DNA of 64,000 nucleotides from an uncultured Methanoregulaceae archaeon (GTDB lineage: Archaea; Halobacteriota; Methanomicrobia; Methanomicrobiales; Methanospirillaceae). The stretch is taken from positions 1,184,001 through 1,248,000 of the forward strand of contig CAVTTL010000001.1 of assembly GCA_963737635.1 (NCBI GenBank). The letters are read 5' to 3'. Below the pieces are notes generated by a model. It was not told the DNA's origin. It was given only the letters and a program-made list of their open reading frames with translations, and searched no databases. Position 1 is the stretch's first letter; each line of letters starts with the position of its first letter. The position numbers and the translations under genes are program-made. Below, one piece after another: positions 42,220 to 52,371 of this stretch.

Positions 42220-43251
42220 ATGGAATGCCCCGTGTGCGGTAGTGACTGCGTCCAATCGGCACCGGAGATAATCAGAGACCTTCATACAAGGTTCCTTCCC
42301 TGCCGGCGGTGCAGCATGCGGGTACTGGACAAACGTGCCCCTCTCTCTTCCCTTGAGTATACTCATCCCTGTTCCTGCGGGAAACGCTTCATCGATGACG
42401 TTTTCGCACACTTGTACGTGATCATGCGGGAAGAAGGCGATCTCACCCCCAACGACCCGCTTCTTTCGGTTGGGTCGCCGCTTATTCATCCCGGTATCGC
42501 AATGGACCGGCCCCCGTTTCTGCCGGTAAAATCCATGCTGTTGTTATCCGGACGAGTGCAGGAAAAAACCGCACGGCGGATTGTTGCCGAGGTTCCCGAG
42601 ATCCGGGGCGTTGTAAAAACCGGCGCTTACATCCCCGGGCTTGTCTCACTCGATCCCGTGGTGGTTCCGCGGACCTATACGATCCTTGCCGGCTGCGATG
42701 TCAGGGCCGATATCTACCCTCTTGCCACCGGGCCTCTTGTCATATACAAGCAGCAGTCCCTTATCCATGTGGAGTTTCCGCGCGCAGGGTATCCCAAGCT
42801 GCGGTCGGTTGCCGCTCGGGTGGGAACCCCACCGGTCCCCTTTTTTGTGGATGCCTGCTCGGGGCCGGGAACGTTGGGCCTTGCGGCTGCATGTTCCGGC
42901 GTCCCGCATGTAGTCCTTAACGACGCATGGTACGCATCTGCGTTCTGGTCAGCGTTTAACCTTGATATCAATAAGGTATATCTTGACATTGATGCGGTAC
43001 ACATCCTCAGAACTCTTGATGTCATGGCCCATCAACCGGTTGCCCGCGATCCGGTGAAAATTGCCGAAACTTCAGGCCGACAGGTTATCGAGGTTTATCA
43101 GGGAGATCTCCGGCAGCTGTATCGTGTTATCCCCCGGAATACCCCCCCATTAACTGCCCTGGATATTTTTGACAAGGAGAAGAAGGCAGAAATCTCACAT
43201 CTGATCAACGAGTGGCGCGTACGCATGGGTGGGGAAGCGTTTATCCCCTGA
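42220..43251 (+). CDS. Cys-rich N-terminus plus SAM-methyltransferase-like domain protein
   Basis: CPVCGSDC, CRRC, CSCG; FFVDACSGPGTLG motif I. Confidence 0.7.
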   Translation: MECPVCGSDCVQSAPEIIRDLHTRFLPCRRCSMRVLDKRAPLSSLEYTHPCSCGKRFIDDVFAHLYVIMREEGDLTPNDPLLSVGSPLIHPGIAMDRPPFLPVKSMLLLSGRVQEKTARRIVAEVPEIRGVVKTGAYIPGLVSLDPVVVPRTYTILAGCDVRADIYPLATGPLVIYKQQSLIHVEFPRAGYPKLRSVAARVGTPPVPFFVDACSGPGTLGLAAACSGVPHVVLNDAWYASAFWSAFNLDINKVYLDIDAVHILRTLDVMAHQPVARDPVKIAETSGRQVIEVYQGDLRQLYRVIPRNTPPLTALDIFDKEKKAEISHLINEWRVRMGGEAFIP

Positions 43252-43345
43252 ACCGCGTTCTGGGAGGCACCGTATTTGAGTTATATCCGAGGGAGATCCG
43301 GGTCTGAATATAACAAGGATTTATTGACCGGCAGACAAAGTTATA

Positions 43346-43654
43346 TGGGGACTAGCCCGGGTGGCTCGGCGTCACTTGTAACCCGAAACCGTCGGTACGC
43401 GGGGGGCGAAGTTTGACGAAGGCTGCAACGATCTGCTGGAGCCTGTGTATTCTGACGTTGAAACCTCGTCCCATGAGGTCGATGGCCGGGAATCAAAATT
43501 CCGGAGGGAATGGCGACCTGTTGCTGCGGGTACCGGTTCAGGCCCGGAAGGGAGCAGACTTACCGCAGACATCCGGCGCCCATGGGGTAACGGGGCGGAG
43601 GATGGGTACTTTGGTAAAAGCAGTAACGTACAGTCGACTGATAACACGTCCCCA
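43346..43654 (+). ncRNA. ffs: Archaeal SRP (7S) RNA
   Basis: Terminal helix TGGGGAC/GTCCCCA, Alu-domain TGTAA loop, helix-8 TCAGGCCCGGAAGGGAGCAG, ~310 nt. Confidence 0.93.
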
Positions 43655-43668
43655 CTTCTTGTGATACC

Positions 43669-44664
43669 ATGGCTAAAGTCACCATTATAGGTGCAACCGG
43701 CAATGTCGGTATGTTCGCTGCTTATGCAATTTCTGTCGATCCTCATGTCCATGAGATCCTGTTGTACGGCCGTGAAGGGCGTGAGGCTTTTTTAAAAGGG
43801 ATTGCCCAGGATTTTGCTGATTCCTTTGCAGCCCGGGGGACAAATATCAAGGTCACCTGTACAACCAATCTTAAGGATGTTGCTGGTTCGGATATTGTCG
43901 TCATAACAGCGGGCACTCCTCGCGGACCGGGCCAGGATCGTCTTGATTTGGCTCTCGGGAATGCGCGGGTCATCGCTCCGATTGCCCGGACTATCGGTAC
44001 GGTTGCACCGGATACCAAGATTATCATGGTCACAAATCCTGTCGACGTGATGACCTGTGTTGCCCTGAAATATTCCGGGCTCAAGCCAAACCAGGTCTTT
44101 GGCCTTGGCACCCATCTCGACTCGATGCGGTTAAAATCGCTGATCGCGACCTATTTCAAAGTACACGTCAGCGAGGTACACACCCGTATTATCGGCGAAC
44201 ATGGGGAGAGCATGGTGCCGCTCTGGTCTGCAACCACCATAGGTGGGATCAAGATTTCCAACCTGCCAGCGTTTGCACACCTCCCTGTACAGGACTTCAT
44301 CAATTCGGTGAAATCCAGCGGCGAGCAGATCATCAAAAACAAGGGATCGACAGTCTACGGTCCCGGCGAGGCAATCGCAACGCTGGTGAAAACAGTTCTC
44401 GGCGATGAAAACCGGATCCTTACGGTATCCTCATACGTGAAAAGTGAAGTCCACGGAATCGGCGGGGTCTGTATTGGCGTACCTGCCCGGATCAACCGGA
44501 ACGGCGCGTTCCCGGTTACCATAACGATCGACGAATCCGAGGTCATTGCCTACCGGGAATCCGTTGAGAAGATCCGCGCAACAATCCACCAGATCGTCGG
44601 TCAGCTCGGGAACGAAAAAGATCTTGATGCAGCCCCAAAAAAGGGCCGAAAAACCCGCGTGTAA
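43669..44664 (+). CDS. mdh: Malate/L-lactate dehydrogenase family protein
   Basis: IIGATGNVG, TAGTPR, VTNPVD, HLDSMR, GEHG. Confidence 0.9.
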   Translation: MAKVTIIGATGNVGMFAAYAISVDPHVHEILLYGREGREAFLKGIAQDFADSFAARGTNIKVTCTTNLKDVAGSDIVVITAGTPRGPGQDRLDLALGNARVIAPIARTIGTVAPDTKIIMVTNPVDVMTCVALKYSGLKPNQVFGLGTHLDSMRLKSLIATYFKVHVSEVHTRIIGEHGESMVPLWSATTIGGIKISNLPAFAHLPVQDFINSVKSSGEQIIKNKGSTVYGPGEAIATLVKTVLGDENRILTVSSYVKSEVHGIGGVCIGVPARINRNGAFPVTITIDESEVIAYRESVEKIRATIHQIVGQLGNEKDLDAAPKKGRKTRV

Positions 44665-44721
44665 AATCGTTTCCGAAAGATCTGCCGGATAATAAAAAGC
44701 GGGAATAAGGATAGAAAAAAT

Positions 44722-44979
44722 CTACGTGAGTGTCACTTCAATAATCTCTGCCCGCTCGACACCGGGGATGGTATTCAGTTTCCCCTCGATAGCATCTGTC
44801 TCGCCACCGGCATCGTTGACAATCACTGCAAGCTTAAGTGCTTTGAGCCCAAAGCCGATCGGCTCTTCTTTGATATCCTGAATGCCAGGCAGTTTCTCTT
44901 TGAGCGCGATTTTAAGTTTTCCCAGGTCGATTTCCGGTGATTCCGGCATGACCCTGATAATCACGGCAACGCTTCCCAT
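44722..44979 (-). CDS. ef1b: Elongation factor 1-beta
   Basis: VMPESPEIDL…EEPIGFGLKAL. Confidence 0.95.
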   Translation of the reverse strand: MGSVAVIIRVMPESPEIDLGKLKIALKEKLPGIQDIKEEPIGFGLKALKLAVIVNDAGGETDAIEGKLNTIPGVERAEIIEVTLT

Positions 44980-44982
44980 GCC

Positions 44983-45144
44983 TCACGGTCCCCCGAATCC
45001 GCATTTCGGGCAGATGTAAGGAATACTCTGTTCCCTGCACCGGTAACACCGGGTGATCTCGACACCACACGCTGGGCACGCAAAGACGGTTGAGCCCTCT
45101 TCTGCAAGCGGGGCGCTGCAGGATGTACATTTTTTATCTGTCAT
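44983..45144 (-). CDS. Small zinc-finger protein (DUF1610/HVO_2753 family), 53 aa
   Basis: MTDKKCTSC…FACPACG…RCYRCR…YICPKCGFGGP; directly upstream of EF-1beta; absent from the ORF track. Confidence 0.9.
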   Translation of the reverse strand: MTDKKCTSCSAPLAEEGSTVFACPACGVEITRCYRCREQSIPYICPKCGFGGP

Positions 45145-45189
45145 TCTCTCGCTCCTGTAAGGATTCCTATAGTATCTCTTTTAGTACCT

Positions 45190-45822
45190 TTAAAAGGTTG
45201 TACCAATGACGGTGCCGCGAACGGGCAGTCCTTCCAGCCACCGGCTGATTCCGCGTGTGTCGGTTCCATTGAGGATAAACGTTCTGATCCGGTGTTCAAG
45301 CACATAAGGAATAAAGAAAGGATCGAGGATATCAGTGGCCACGGTGTTGTCTACACGGGTCACCAGCTTCCCCTTATGAGTGATGCCATCTACGGATTTG
45401 AGCACCAAAAGATCGCCACCGACCTTACTGGCTACCCATGCTGCGATGGTATCGGACGTGACATCCCATGAATGGGGCAGGGGATCGTAGCGGCGCATGG
45501 CACAATAGGGAAGGATGACACACGTCTGTCCCGGGCGCGCAACCCTCGTCGTCGTTTTCATACCCAGCGCAGCGAGTGTCCACCCATACTGGTCCATGGC
45601 AGCACACGCCATCCAGTGGGCTGCGTCAGGGTCAGTGCGAGGCCCGGAATGTCGTACCACGTCGGCGAATGTCCCTCCCCCGGGTACGATTAAGAGGGGG
45701 CGGGCAGCAGAGCGAAGAACCGGGATGATCTCGGGACTGTGGGTTGCAAGGCTGCCTCCTAGTTTCACAACCGTGACAGGGGCTCCTTCTGTATTCTTGC
45801 CGCAGTGCTTTTGCCCTCTCAT
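45190..45822 (-). CDS. Amino-acid-kinase family protein, MfnE-like (true start may be slightly downstream)
   Basis: VVKLGGSL, VPGGGTFAD, LPHSWDVTSDTIA, KSVDG. Confidence 0.8.
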   Translation of the reverse strand: MRGQKHCGKNTEGAPVTVVKLGGSLATHSPEIIPVLRSAARPLLIVPGGGTFADVVRHSGPRTDPDAAHWMACAAMDQYGWTLAALGMKTTTRVARPGQTCVILPYCAMRRYDPLPHSWDVTSDTIAAWVASKVGGDLLVLKSVDGITHKGKLVTRVDNTVATDILDPFFIPYVLEHRIRTFILNGTDTRGISRWLEGLPVRGTVIGTTF

Positions 45823-45991
45823 CTTCCAAGCATTCTTCCCCCTTATTATATAAAGGGCGGATATAACGCTTTTCTACCTCGCTCTTCTAAGGAAAGTCAG
45901 GTATCAATGGAGCACTCTGGCTGGCAGGAATTCACAATAAAAACAGAAAACAAGCGATCAGAACTGGCGATTTGCGGGAATTCGGGATTTT

Positions 45992-46300
45992 TTAGAATTT
46001 TTTGAGTGCACACTGGCAGACATCACAGAGATTGATGTCACTTTCTCCGGTTATTACTGCAAGTGCCCAGCGATCAATTATCGCATCGAGTTCGGAGGAC
46101 AGTTCAATTGCTCCGTATCCTCTTTTTCTGCTCATGTACTGGGATACCGCTGCGCGGGTGACGCCCAGTCTCTTGGCTGCATCGCTCTGGCTGAGGCCCT
46201 GGTTGTTGACAAGCCGGGAGACCATCTCCGCTCTCATTGGCGGCAGGAGGTTCCGTACCATGGTGTCGCAGTGCATGAGCGTGCAGGTGTGCTTTGTCAT
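45992..46300 (-). CDS. HTH transcriptional regulator with Cys motifs
   Basis: LSQSDAAKRLGVTRAAVSQYMSRKRG; N-terminal HTCTLMHC, C-terminal CDVC. Confidence 0.85.
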   Translation of the reverse strand: MTKHTCTLMHCDTMVRNLLPPMRAEMVSRLVNNQGLSQSDAAKRLGVTRAAVSQYMSRKRGYGAIELSSELDAIIDRWALAVITGESDINLCDVCQCALKKF

Positions 46301-46542
46301 ACGAGCGCCGGTTGAGATTCAGGGGAGATAATTGGCCTGTTCTGGTAGATAATCTGCCGCGCATCCCGGAAGTTGAACTTCTCGATTATGAGGTGGCGCT
46401 CTTTGAGTTTCTTCAATGCATACCGTACGGTCCGCGGGGCGAGCCGGCTTTTTTTAACCAGATCCTTGTGGGTCATGGCTCCACCGCTACCGAGTATCTC
46501 CAGTACCGTCCGTGAGGATGGTGGTAAGGGTTGCTGATACAT
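46297..46542 (-). CDS. Small winged-helix regulator
   Basis: MTHKDLVKKSRLAPRTVRYALKKL…DARQIIY. Confidence 0.85.
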   Translation of the reverse strand: MYQQPLPPSSRTVLEILGSGGAMTHKDLVKKSRLAPRTVRYALKKLKERHLIIEKFNFRDARQIIYQNRPIISPESQPALV

Positions 46543-46549
46543 GATAGAA

Positions 46550-46568
46550 ATGTTAACAGTGTTAACAT
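46550..46568. promoter_or_regulatory. Perfect palindrome ATGTTAACAGTGTTAACAT, candidate operator
   Basis: 9-1-9 inverted repeat 7 bp upstream of the wHTH gene start codon. Confidence 0.6.
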
Positions 46569-46745
46569 ATCAACTTGTCGGTGACCGTCCCGGTTTGTGA
46601 TTTTACGTAGATCGCCGAGGCCAGTCAGTAATTCAGGCATCACGGTGGAAAAAATAACTCTCCTCAGGCCCACCGTAAGCTAGAGGGGAAAATTAACATT
46701 GTGACCGGGCTTGGACACAAAGGGGGAGGTTATCCCCCATGAAAC

Positions 46746-47576
46746 CTATTTCAGGATCTCCAACGTTGCCGGGAAATTCCTGACAGTATGAGTGAGTGCC
46801 CCAAGACTGATCAGATCGGCACCGGTCCGCGCATAATCCCTGATGGTCCGTGCCGTAATACCACCAGAAAGTTCGATAGTAACCCGGTCCCGGAGACCGG
46901 CCTTTTCAAGATCCTTGATGGTCTTTTGGACGTCGTCCGGGGTCATGTTATCGAAGAGCAGGATATCGGCACCCACCTGTGCAGCCACAAGTGCATCGTT
47001 GGCCGTCTCCACTTCGATCTCGATCTTCCGGTAAGAACTTGCTGCCTTAGCCCGTCTGATCGCTTCGCTCACCGGCACGAGAACGAGGTGGTTATCCTTG
47101 ATAAGCACGCCGTCGCTCAGACCGGACCGGTGGGGATCGCCTCCCCCGAGTGTGACTGCTTTTTTATCCAACCGCCGCAGGCCCGGGCAGGTCTTTCGCG
47201 TTCCTGCCACGTGACAGCAGGGATTTTCGGCGTGTACCAGATCCCTCATTTTTCTTGTCTGGGTAGCAATTCCGCTCATCCTGCCGATGATATTAAGCGC
47301 AGTGCGTTCCACAAGCAGGATATTCTTTGCCGGGCCAGAGAGCGAGAGAATGATATCCCCGATCTTTACGACATCCCCGTCAGCGAGCTCCTGTTTTACG
47401 TCAACAGTGAAATGCGAAAAAAGGGCCCCGGCTTCCGCAAGGCCGGCAACGATACCGTCTTCCTCGGCCCGGATGACCGCCCGGCAGCATATCCCGGGAA
47501 TAATGGATTCCGAAGTCACATCACCGGACGGTGCATCCTCATCGATGAACTTCAACAGATATTCCAGCGGCACCAT
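46746..47576 (-). CDS. nadC: Quinolinate phosphoribosyltransferase
   Basis: ERTALN, GTRKT, HRSGLSD, IKDNH, LFDNM, SGGI. Confidence 0.95.
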   Translation of the reverse strand: MVPLEYLLKFIDEDAPSGDVTSESIIPGICCRAVIRAEEDGIVAGLAEAGALFSHFTVDVKQELADGDVVKIGDIILSLSGPAKNILLVERTALNIIGRMSGIATQTRKMRDLVHAENPCCHVAGTRKTCPGLRRLDKKAVTLGGGDPHRSGLSDGVLIKDNHLVLVPVSEAIRRAKAASSYRKIEIEVETANDALVAAQVGADILLFDNMTPDDVQKTIKDLEKAGLRDRVTIELSGGITARTIRDYARTGADLISLGALTHTVRNFPATLEILK

Positions 47577-47594
47577 ACTATTGTCCCTCACACT

Positions 47595-48354
47595 TCATGT
47601 CCCGATAACAAGCGGGCTGTCGAGATTTTTTAAGAGTGACAGGATGGAAAGCGCTGCAAGATAACTCGTCAGCCGGGTTCTCGGGGCTGGGAAGATTGGT
47701 CACCCGGATATAGGTCTCGCCGAAATCGCCTTCGATAAAGAGTTCGTGGGTATTTTTGTCCGCTGCGGGATCTACCCAGAGTTCCACGTCCGCATCCTGA
47801 CCTGCGGCAAGGCCCATGGCAACAGCGACGTTCACATTCTTGGGATACGATTTGATACATTCGTGCGCTTTACCGGAGAAGATCTGCTGTCTTGTGGTTG
47901 CGGCAAGGCCCAGCGACTGCGGGCTTTTGGTGGTTTTCAAGAGCAATTTCGTTACTGGGGAGATCTGCCCGATCTTCAGGTTGTCCAGCCCGAATATTGC
48001 CCCGCTTGGGACATAGATCTTTGTCCCGGTTTTTCGAGCGATAGCTACGAGGTGGCCCCGGAAGACCGGATCGGTGAGCGCTCCGACGCTCATTATCACG
48101 AGGTTCTTCTTGTGCAGGAGGATCTCCTGTGCATGCGCCCGTGCCGCGCCAACTGACGCTGCCTCGACAACAATATCGATATCCGCATTAAGGAACGCCC
48201 CAAAATCGTTGTATGCCTCTCCATGGCAGATGCCGGCAATCTCCCCGGCTCGCTCGGGAATGGAATCATAGACTGCCGGGATCGTAAAACCTTCTGCATG
48301 CCGGGCGATGATATGCCCGATGTTGCCGCAGCCCAGCAATCCTATCCGTATCAT
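47595..48354 (-). CDS. nadX: L-aspartate dehydrogenase (indel ~47670)
   Basis: GCGNIG, VEAAS, SVGAL, PSGAIFGLD, PKNVNVA; repaired end NPATSYLAALS. Confidence 0.92.
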
Positions 48355-48478
48355 GGTAAACACATTATGGTTGTCATGGATTAATGATTATCCTCAGGAA
48401 CACACCCGAAGAAAAATGGCTTTATTCGCAAAAAAACGACTTTTAACTGCTCCGGGCCAAAAAAGATATGGAGAAATA

Positions 48479-49753
48479 ATGGAACCGAGCCGATCCGGTG
48501 ATCCCAGCCATGATCCGGTAGCCGTATTTGCTGCGCTTGCAAAAAAACGGGTCTATATCGAGACATACGGGTGCCGCTTTAATTTTGGTGACACGGCAAA
48601 TCTCGTAGAAGTGCTCAGACAGTACGGAAGTACCTTTGTCGCATCACCGGACGATGCAGATGCGGTCGTTGTCAATACCTGCACGGTTGTCGGCCCTACC
48701 GAGCGCCGGATGCTCAGGCGGCTTATCGCATTGCGGGAAAAACCGCTCTTTGTCACCGGATGCATGCCCCTTGTCCAGCGGGAGGCGATCCTTGCGGTCT
48801 GTTCGCCGGTGATCATTCTTCCGGATGAGATCCGCGAAGCGTACCGGTCTGTACTGACTGTTACGCCGGGAAGTGTGGGAATCGTCCAGATCGCGCAAGG
48901 CTGCCTCGGGCGATGCACGTACTGCATTACGCGCATGGCGCGGGGGACGCTTGCAAGTTTTCCCGAGGACGAGATCCGTGAAAAAATACAGGCATTCACC
49001 AAGACAGGTACCTACGAGGTCCAGCTGACCGCTCAGGATGTTAGCGCATGGGGGCGGGATACAGGGCAATCGCTGCCTGACCTTCTTTATGGCCTTTGTG
49101 ACCTCCAGGGAAACTACTGTATCCGCGTCGGGATGATGAACCCGGCGACTGTACGCGGCATCCTTGACGAACTGGTGAATGCTTTTGACAGCGACCGGCT
49201 CTTCAGATTCGTACACCTGCCGGTGCAGTCGGGCTCAGATCGTATTCTCGAACAGATGGGACGGGATTACACGGTGCGGGAGTTTGAAGAGATAGTATCT
49301 GCTTTTCGCAGGAGATACCCCGGGATTACTATCGCAACCGACGTCATCGTCGGGTTTCCCGGAGAAACTGACGACGATTTTTCCCGATCTCTTGCCCTCA
49401 TTGGGCGGATAAAACCTGCCAAAGTCAATGTTACACGGTACTCATCTCGGCCGTTCACCGGGCCGTTTGCTGAAAAAGACTTCCCGGACGCGGTAAAAAA
49501 AGACCGCTCCCGGCTCCTCAGTGCATTCGCTGAAGAACAATATTCAACGCTCAACCGTCCGCTCCTTGGGACGACTGTTTCCTGCGTTGTTACTGAGAAA
49601 CTCCGCCCCGGCTCGGTCATGGCAAGGACCGCCTCCTACCAGGGTGTGGCCGTCAGAGAAGATCTACCGGTTGGGACTCCGGTAAAGGTCTATCTTAAAA
49701 AAGACCGGAAATATTTTTTTATAGGGGATCTCGTTTCCATCGTTCCGCCATGA
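48479..49753 (+). CDS. tRNA methylthiotransferase (MiaB/e-MtaB-like radical SAM)
   Basis: ETYGC, NTCTV, GCLGRCTYC, HLPVQSGSD, IVGFPGE, TRAM. Confidence 0.9.
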   Translation: MEPSRSGDPSHDPVAVFAALAKKRVYIETYGCRFNFGDTANLVEVLRQYGSTFVASPDDADAVVVNTCTVVGPTERRMLRRLIALREKPLFVTGCMPLVQREAILAVCSPVIILPDEIREAYRSVLTVTPGSVGIVQIAQGCLGRCTYCITRMARGTLASFPEDEIREKIQAFTKTGTYEVQLTAQDVSAWGRDTGQSLPDLLYGLCDLQGNYCIRVGMMNPATVRGILDELVNAFDSDRLFRFVHLPVQSGSDRILEQMGRDYTVREFEEIVSAFRRRYPGITIATDVIVGFPGETDDDFSRSLALIGRIKPAKVNVTRYSSRPFTGPFAEKDFPDAVKKDRSRLLSAFAEEQYSTLNRPLLGTTVSCVVTEKLRPGSVMARTASYQGVAVREDLPVGTPVKVYLKKDRKYFFIGDLVSIVPP

Positions 49754-49837
49754 GTGTAACGGCCGGAACGAGTGATTTTATAGCCGGAACATAAACTATT
49801 CTTGTTTTGCGCCGGATGGCGGATAACGGTGATACCT

Positions 49838-50374
49838 ATGGATGAGATCGAAGCCGGGTTTAAAAAGATCATGGAAAAGATTGACGATATGAAAAAAACG
49901 GAGGCCCGGTTATCGGAAGAGGTAAAGACCCATGATGGTGAACTTCTGGGGCGCATGGCAGCTATGGCAAAACCGGTAGTGAAATCGGTCGGCCTCAACC
50001 TGCTCAAGATCGGAAAGCAGGACACCAAAAATGAGCTCTACGATGCGAATTACTACACGGAGAAGATGATCATCCTCGGGAAAAGTGATCCGGCCCCGTT
50101 CCGCCCTGACGACCCGGCAAAAAAGATCACCGACCAGTTCTGTGTCCTCACGGAAAGGGGCAAACTGTTTGAATTGATGTACAGTTCAGACGGTTTTATC
50201 ACGGACTCCTACCTCAACCCCATCGATCCCAAATCCGCGATAGAAGGCTATGGGTACGATGTCATGTTCATGTTGTTCCAAGGAATGCATGACTACATGA
50301 AATCGGAGCAGGATCTTATATCGGCACTTGAAAAAGTAATCGGGTTTATCTTTGCGACGAATTGTAAGGCATGA
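49838..50374 (+). CDS. Hypothetical protein
   Basis: Intact 178-aa ORF with GGTGA SD-like motif. Confidence 0.7.
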   Translation: MDEIEAGFKKIMEKIDDMKKTEARLSEEVKTHDGELLGRMAAMAKPVVKSVGLNLLKIGKQDTKNELYDANYYTEKMIILGKSDPAPFRPDDPAKKITDQFCVLTERGKLFELMYSSDGFITDSYLNPIDPKSAIEGYGYDVMFMLFQGMHDYMKSEQDLISALEKVIGFIFATNCKA

Positions 50375-50398
50375 CGGTGATATTTCAAAACAAGAGTA

Positions 50399-50472
50399 TG
50401 GGCCCGATGCGATTCGAACGCATGACCTCCCGGTTATCAGCCGGGCGCACCACCGGGCTATGCTACGGGCCC
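50399..50472 (-). tRNA. tRNA-Ile(GAT)
   Basis: Reverse complement GGGCCCGTAGC…CCCGG-CTGATAA-CCGGG…TTCGAAT…GGGCCCA. Confidence 0.96.
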
Positions 50473-50598
50473 CGGAGGATTACCTGAAATTTACCTTATT
50501 AGTTATTCCACCAGAGTTTTTATAGGTTGTGAATGCCCGGGCAGACAGGATAATGCTATAGGGCTCCGTATCAAAAATACCTGTACGGATTTGGGATC

Positions 50599-52371
50599 AT
50601 GGAACGACACTATCTCCTCGGAAATGAAGCTATCGCCCACGCATGTCTTGAATCGGGCATCGGTTTTGTAAGCGGGTACCCTGGCACCCCATCATCGGAG
50701 GTGATCGATGTGTTGCGTGTACAAAGGGATCCAGCGTATCATGTAGAATGGTCGGTAAATGAGAAAGTCGCCCTCGAAAACGCCCTTGCTGCTGCATGGT
50801 GCGGGATTCGGGCGATCTGCACCATGAAACATGTCGGTCTCAATGTCGCTGCAGACCCACTGATGACGAGCGCTTACACCGGGGTGACAGGAGGTCTTGT
50901 GGTCATGAGTGCGGACGATCCGTTCGCCCACAGTTCCCAGAACGAACAGGATAGCCGGTGCTATGCCCATTTCGCCTGTCTTCCCTGCCTCGATCCCTCC
51001 GGGGTTCAGGAGGCTCACGACATGGTTGCCACGGCATTTGAAATCTCCGAGGAATTCAGGCTGCCAGTGCTGTTCCGCCCCACGACCCGGATATGCCATT
51101 CTAAAGGCGATATTGAACTCGGGACGGTTGTCAGGAACACTAAGACCGGGGAATTTCACAAGGATCCAAAACAATATGTCGTAATCCCAGCCCATACCCG
51201 GATCCTCCACAAAAAACTCAACGAGAAGCAACCTGCCCTCAAAAAGCGTCTGGTGGAGAGGGGGCTCAACCATTATACCCTCGGGGGAAAGACTGCCATT
51301 ATCGCAAGCGGTATCGGTGTATCTTATGTGCAGGAACTCCTGCCACCGGGCGTCTCGTTCATGAAGATAGGGGCGTACCCGGTGGACGAAGAATGGCTCG
51401 GGAAATTTGCACAACAGCATGAAAAGATACTGGTGATCGAAGAACTCGCACCAGTAGTCGAGGAAGCCGTGAGGCAGGTTGCCGGGTGCGTGCCAGTGTT
51501 TGGTAAGATCAACGGGTACGCCCCGTACGAAGGGGAACTTTCCCCGGCCGTTGTTGCGCTCATCATGACTAAATCTGGCTTCCTTGAGAAGAACCCTTTT
51601 ACAGCACATGAGCCCTTCCAGAATCTCCCCCAGCGCCCACCTATCCTCTGCGCAGGCTGCCATCACCGGGCTGCATTCTATGCCATGAAAAAAGTGTTTG
51701 GGGAGTCCGCGATCTATCCCAGTGACATCGGGTGCTACACGCTGGGACTTCAGCTCGGCGCCGTGGATACCACCATCTGCATGGGTGCCTCAATAACCAT
51801 CGGCAGCGGTATTGCAAATTGCGGCGAATCCCGGGATGTAGTCTGCTCTATTGGCGACTCGACCTTCCTTCATACCGGTATTCAGGGACTGATGAATGCG
51901 GTATACAACGGTGCGAATATGACTGTGGTCATTCTGGATAACCGGATCACGGCAATGACCGGCCACCAGCCCAACCCTAACACCGGGATAACGGCGGATG
52001 GTGTCGAGACACCTCCGGTCTCTCTTGATGCAGTCTGCCGCTCCTGCGGAGTGACATTTGTGGAAACGGTCGATCCCTATGATATGACCGGTATGCTCCG
52101 GGTGCTGGAGGCTGCAAAAGCAAAGAAGGGTGTCAAGGTTATCATCGCAAAGCAGATGTGCGTCATCGTGGCCCGCCGTGCAGGGGTAAAGCGGGGCGTT
52201 TATATGGTAAACTTTGAGACCTGTACCGGCTGCGGTACCTGTGTCCGGTTTGGCTGTCCCGCAATCGAGCTCGTTGACAAGAAAGCCCGTATCACTGAGC
52301 TGTGCAGTGGATGTGCGGTCTGCGCCCGGATCTGTCCGGTGGGTGCGGTATCCCGGGAGGCAAAGGAATGA
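50599..52371 (+). CDS. iorA: Indolepyruvate:ferredoxin oxidoreductase alpha
   Basis: LLGNEAIA, GYPGTPS, KHVGLNVAADP, DIGCY, GDSTF, TAMTGHQ, C-terminal ferredoxin. Confidence 0.95.
   Translation: MERHYLLGNEAIAHACLESGIGFVSGYPGTPSSEVIDVLRVQRDPAYHVEWSVNEKVALENALAAAWCGIRAICTMKHVGLNVAADPLMTSAYTGVTGGLVVMSADDPFAHSSQNEQDSRCYAHFACLPCLDPSGVQEAHDMVATAFEISEEFRLPVLFRPTTRICHSKGDIELGTVVRNTKTGEFHKDPKQYVVIPAHTRILHKKLNEKQPALKKRLVERGLNHYTLGGKTAIIASGIGVSYVQELLPPGVSFMKIGAYPVDEEWLGKFAQQHEKILVIEELAPVVEEAVRQVAGCVPVFGKINGYAPYEGELSPAVVALIMTKSGFLEKNPFTAHEPFQNLPQRPPILCAGCHHRAAFYAMKKVFGESAIYPSDIGCYTLGLQLGAVDTTICMGASITIGSGIANCGESRDVVCSIGDSTFLHTGIQGLMNAVYNGANMTVVILDNRITAMTGHQPNPNTGITADGVETPPVSLDAVCRSCGVTFVETVDPYDMTGMLRVLEAAKAKKGVKVIIAKQMCVIVARRAGVKRGVYMVNFETCTGCGTCVRFGCPAIELVDKKARITELCSGCAVCARICPVGAVSREAKE

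Noticed and set aside
43372-43690. ORFs of 81-126 aa in the ORF track
   Set aside because: They overlap the SRP RNA gene and show no protein features.
50692-51666. Long antisense ORFs (also 34440-35312, 46788-47633, 62478-63302)
   Set aside because: Shadow frames opposite well-supported genes, expected from codon usage at this GC content.
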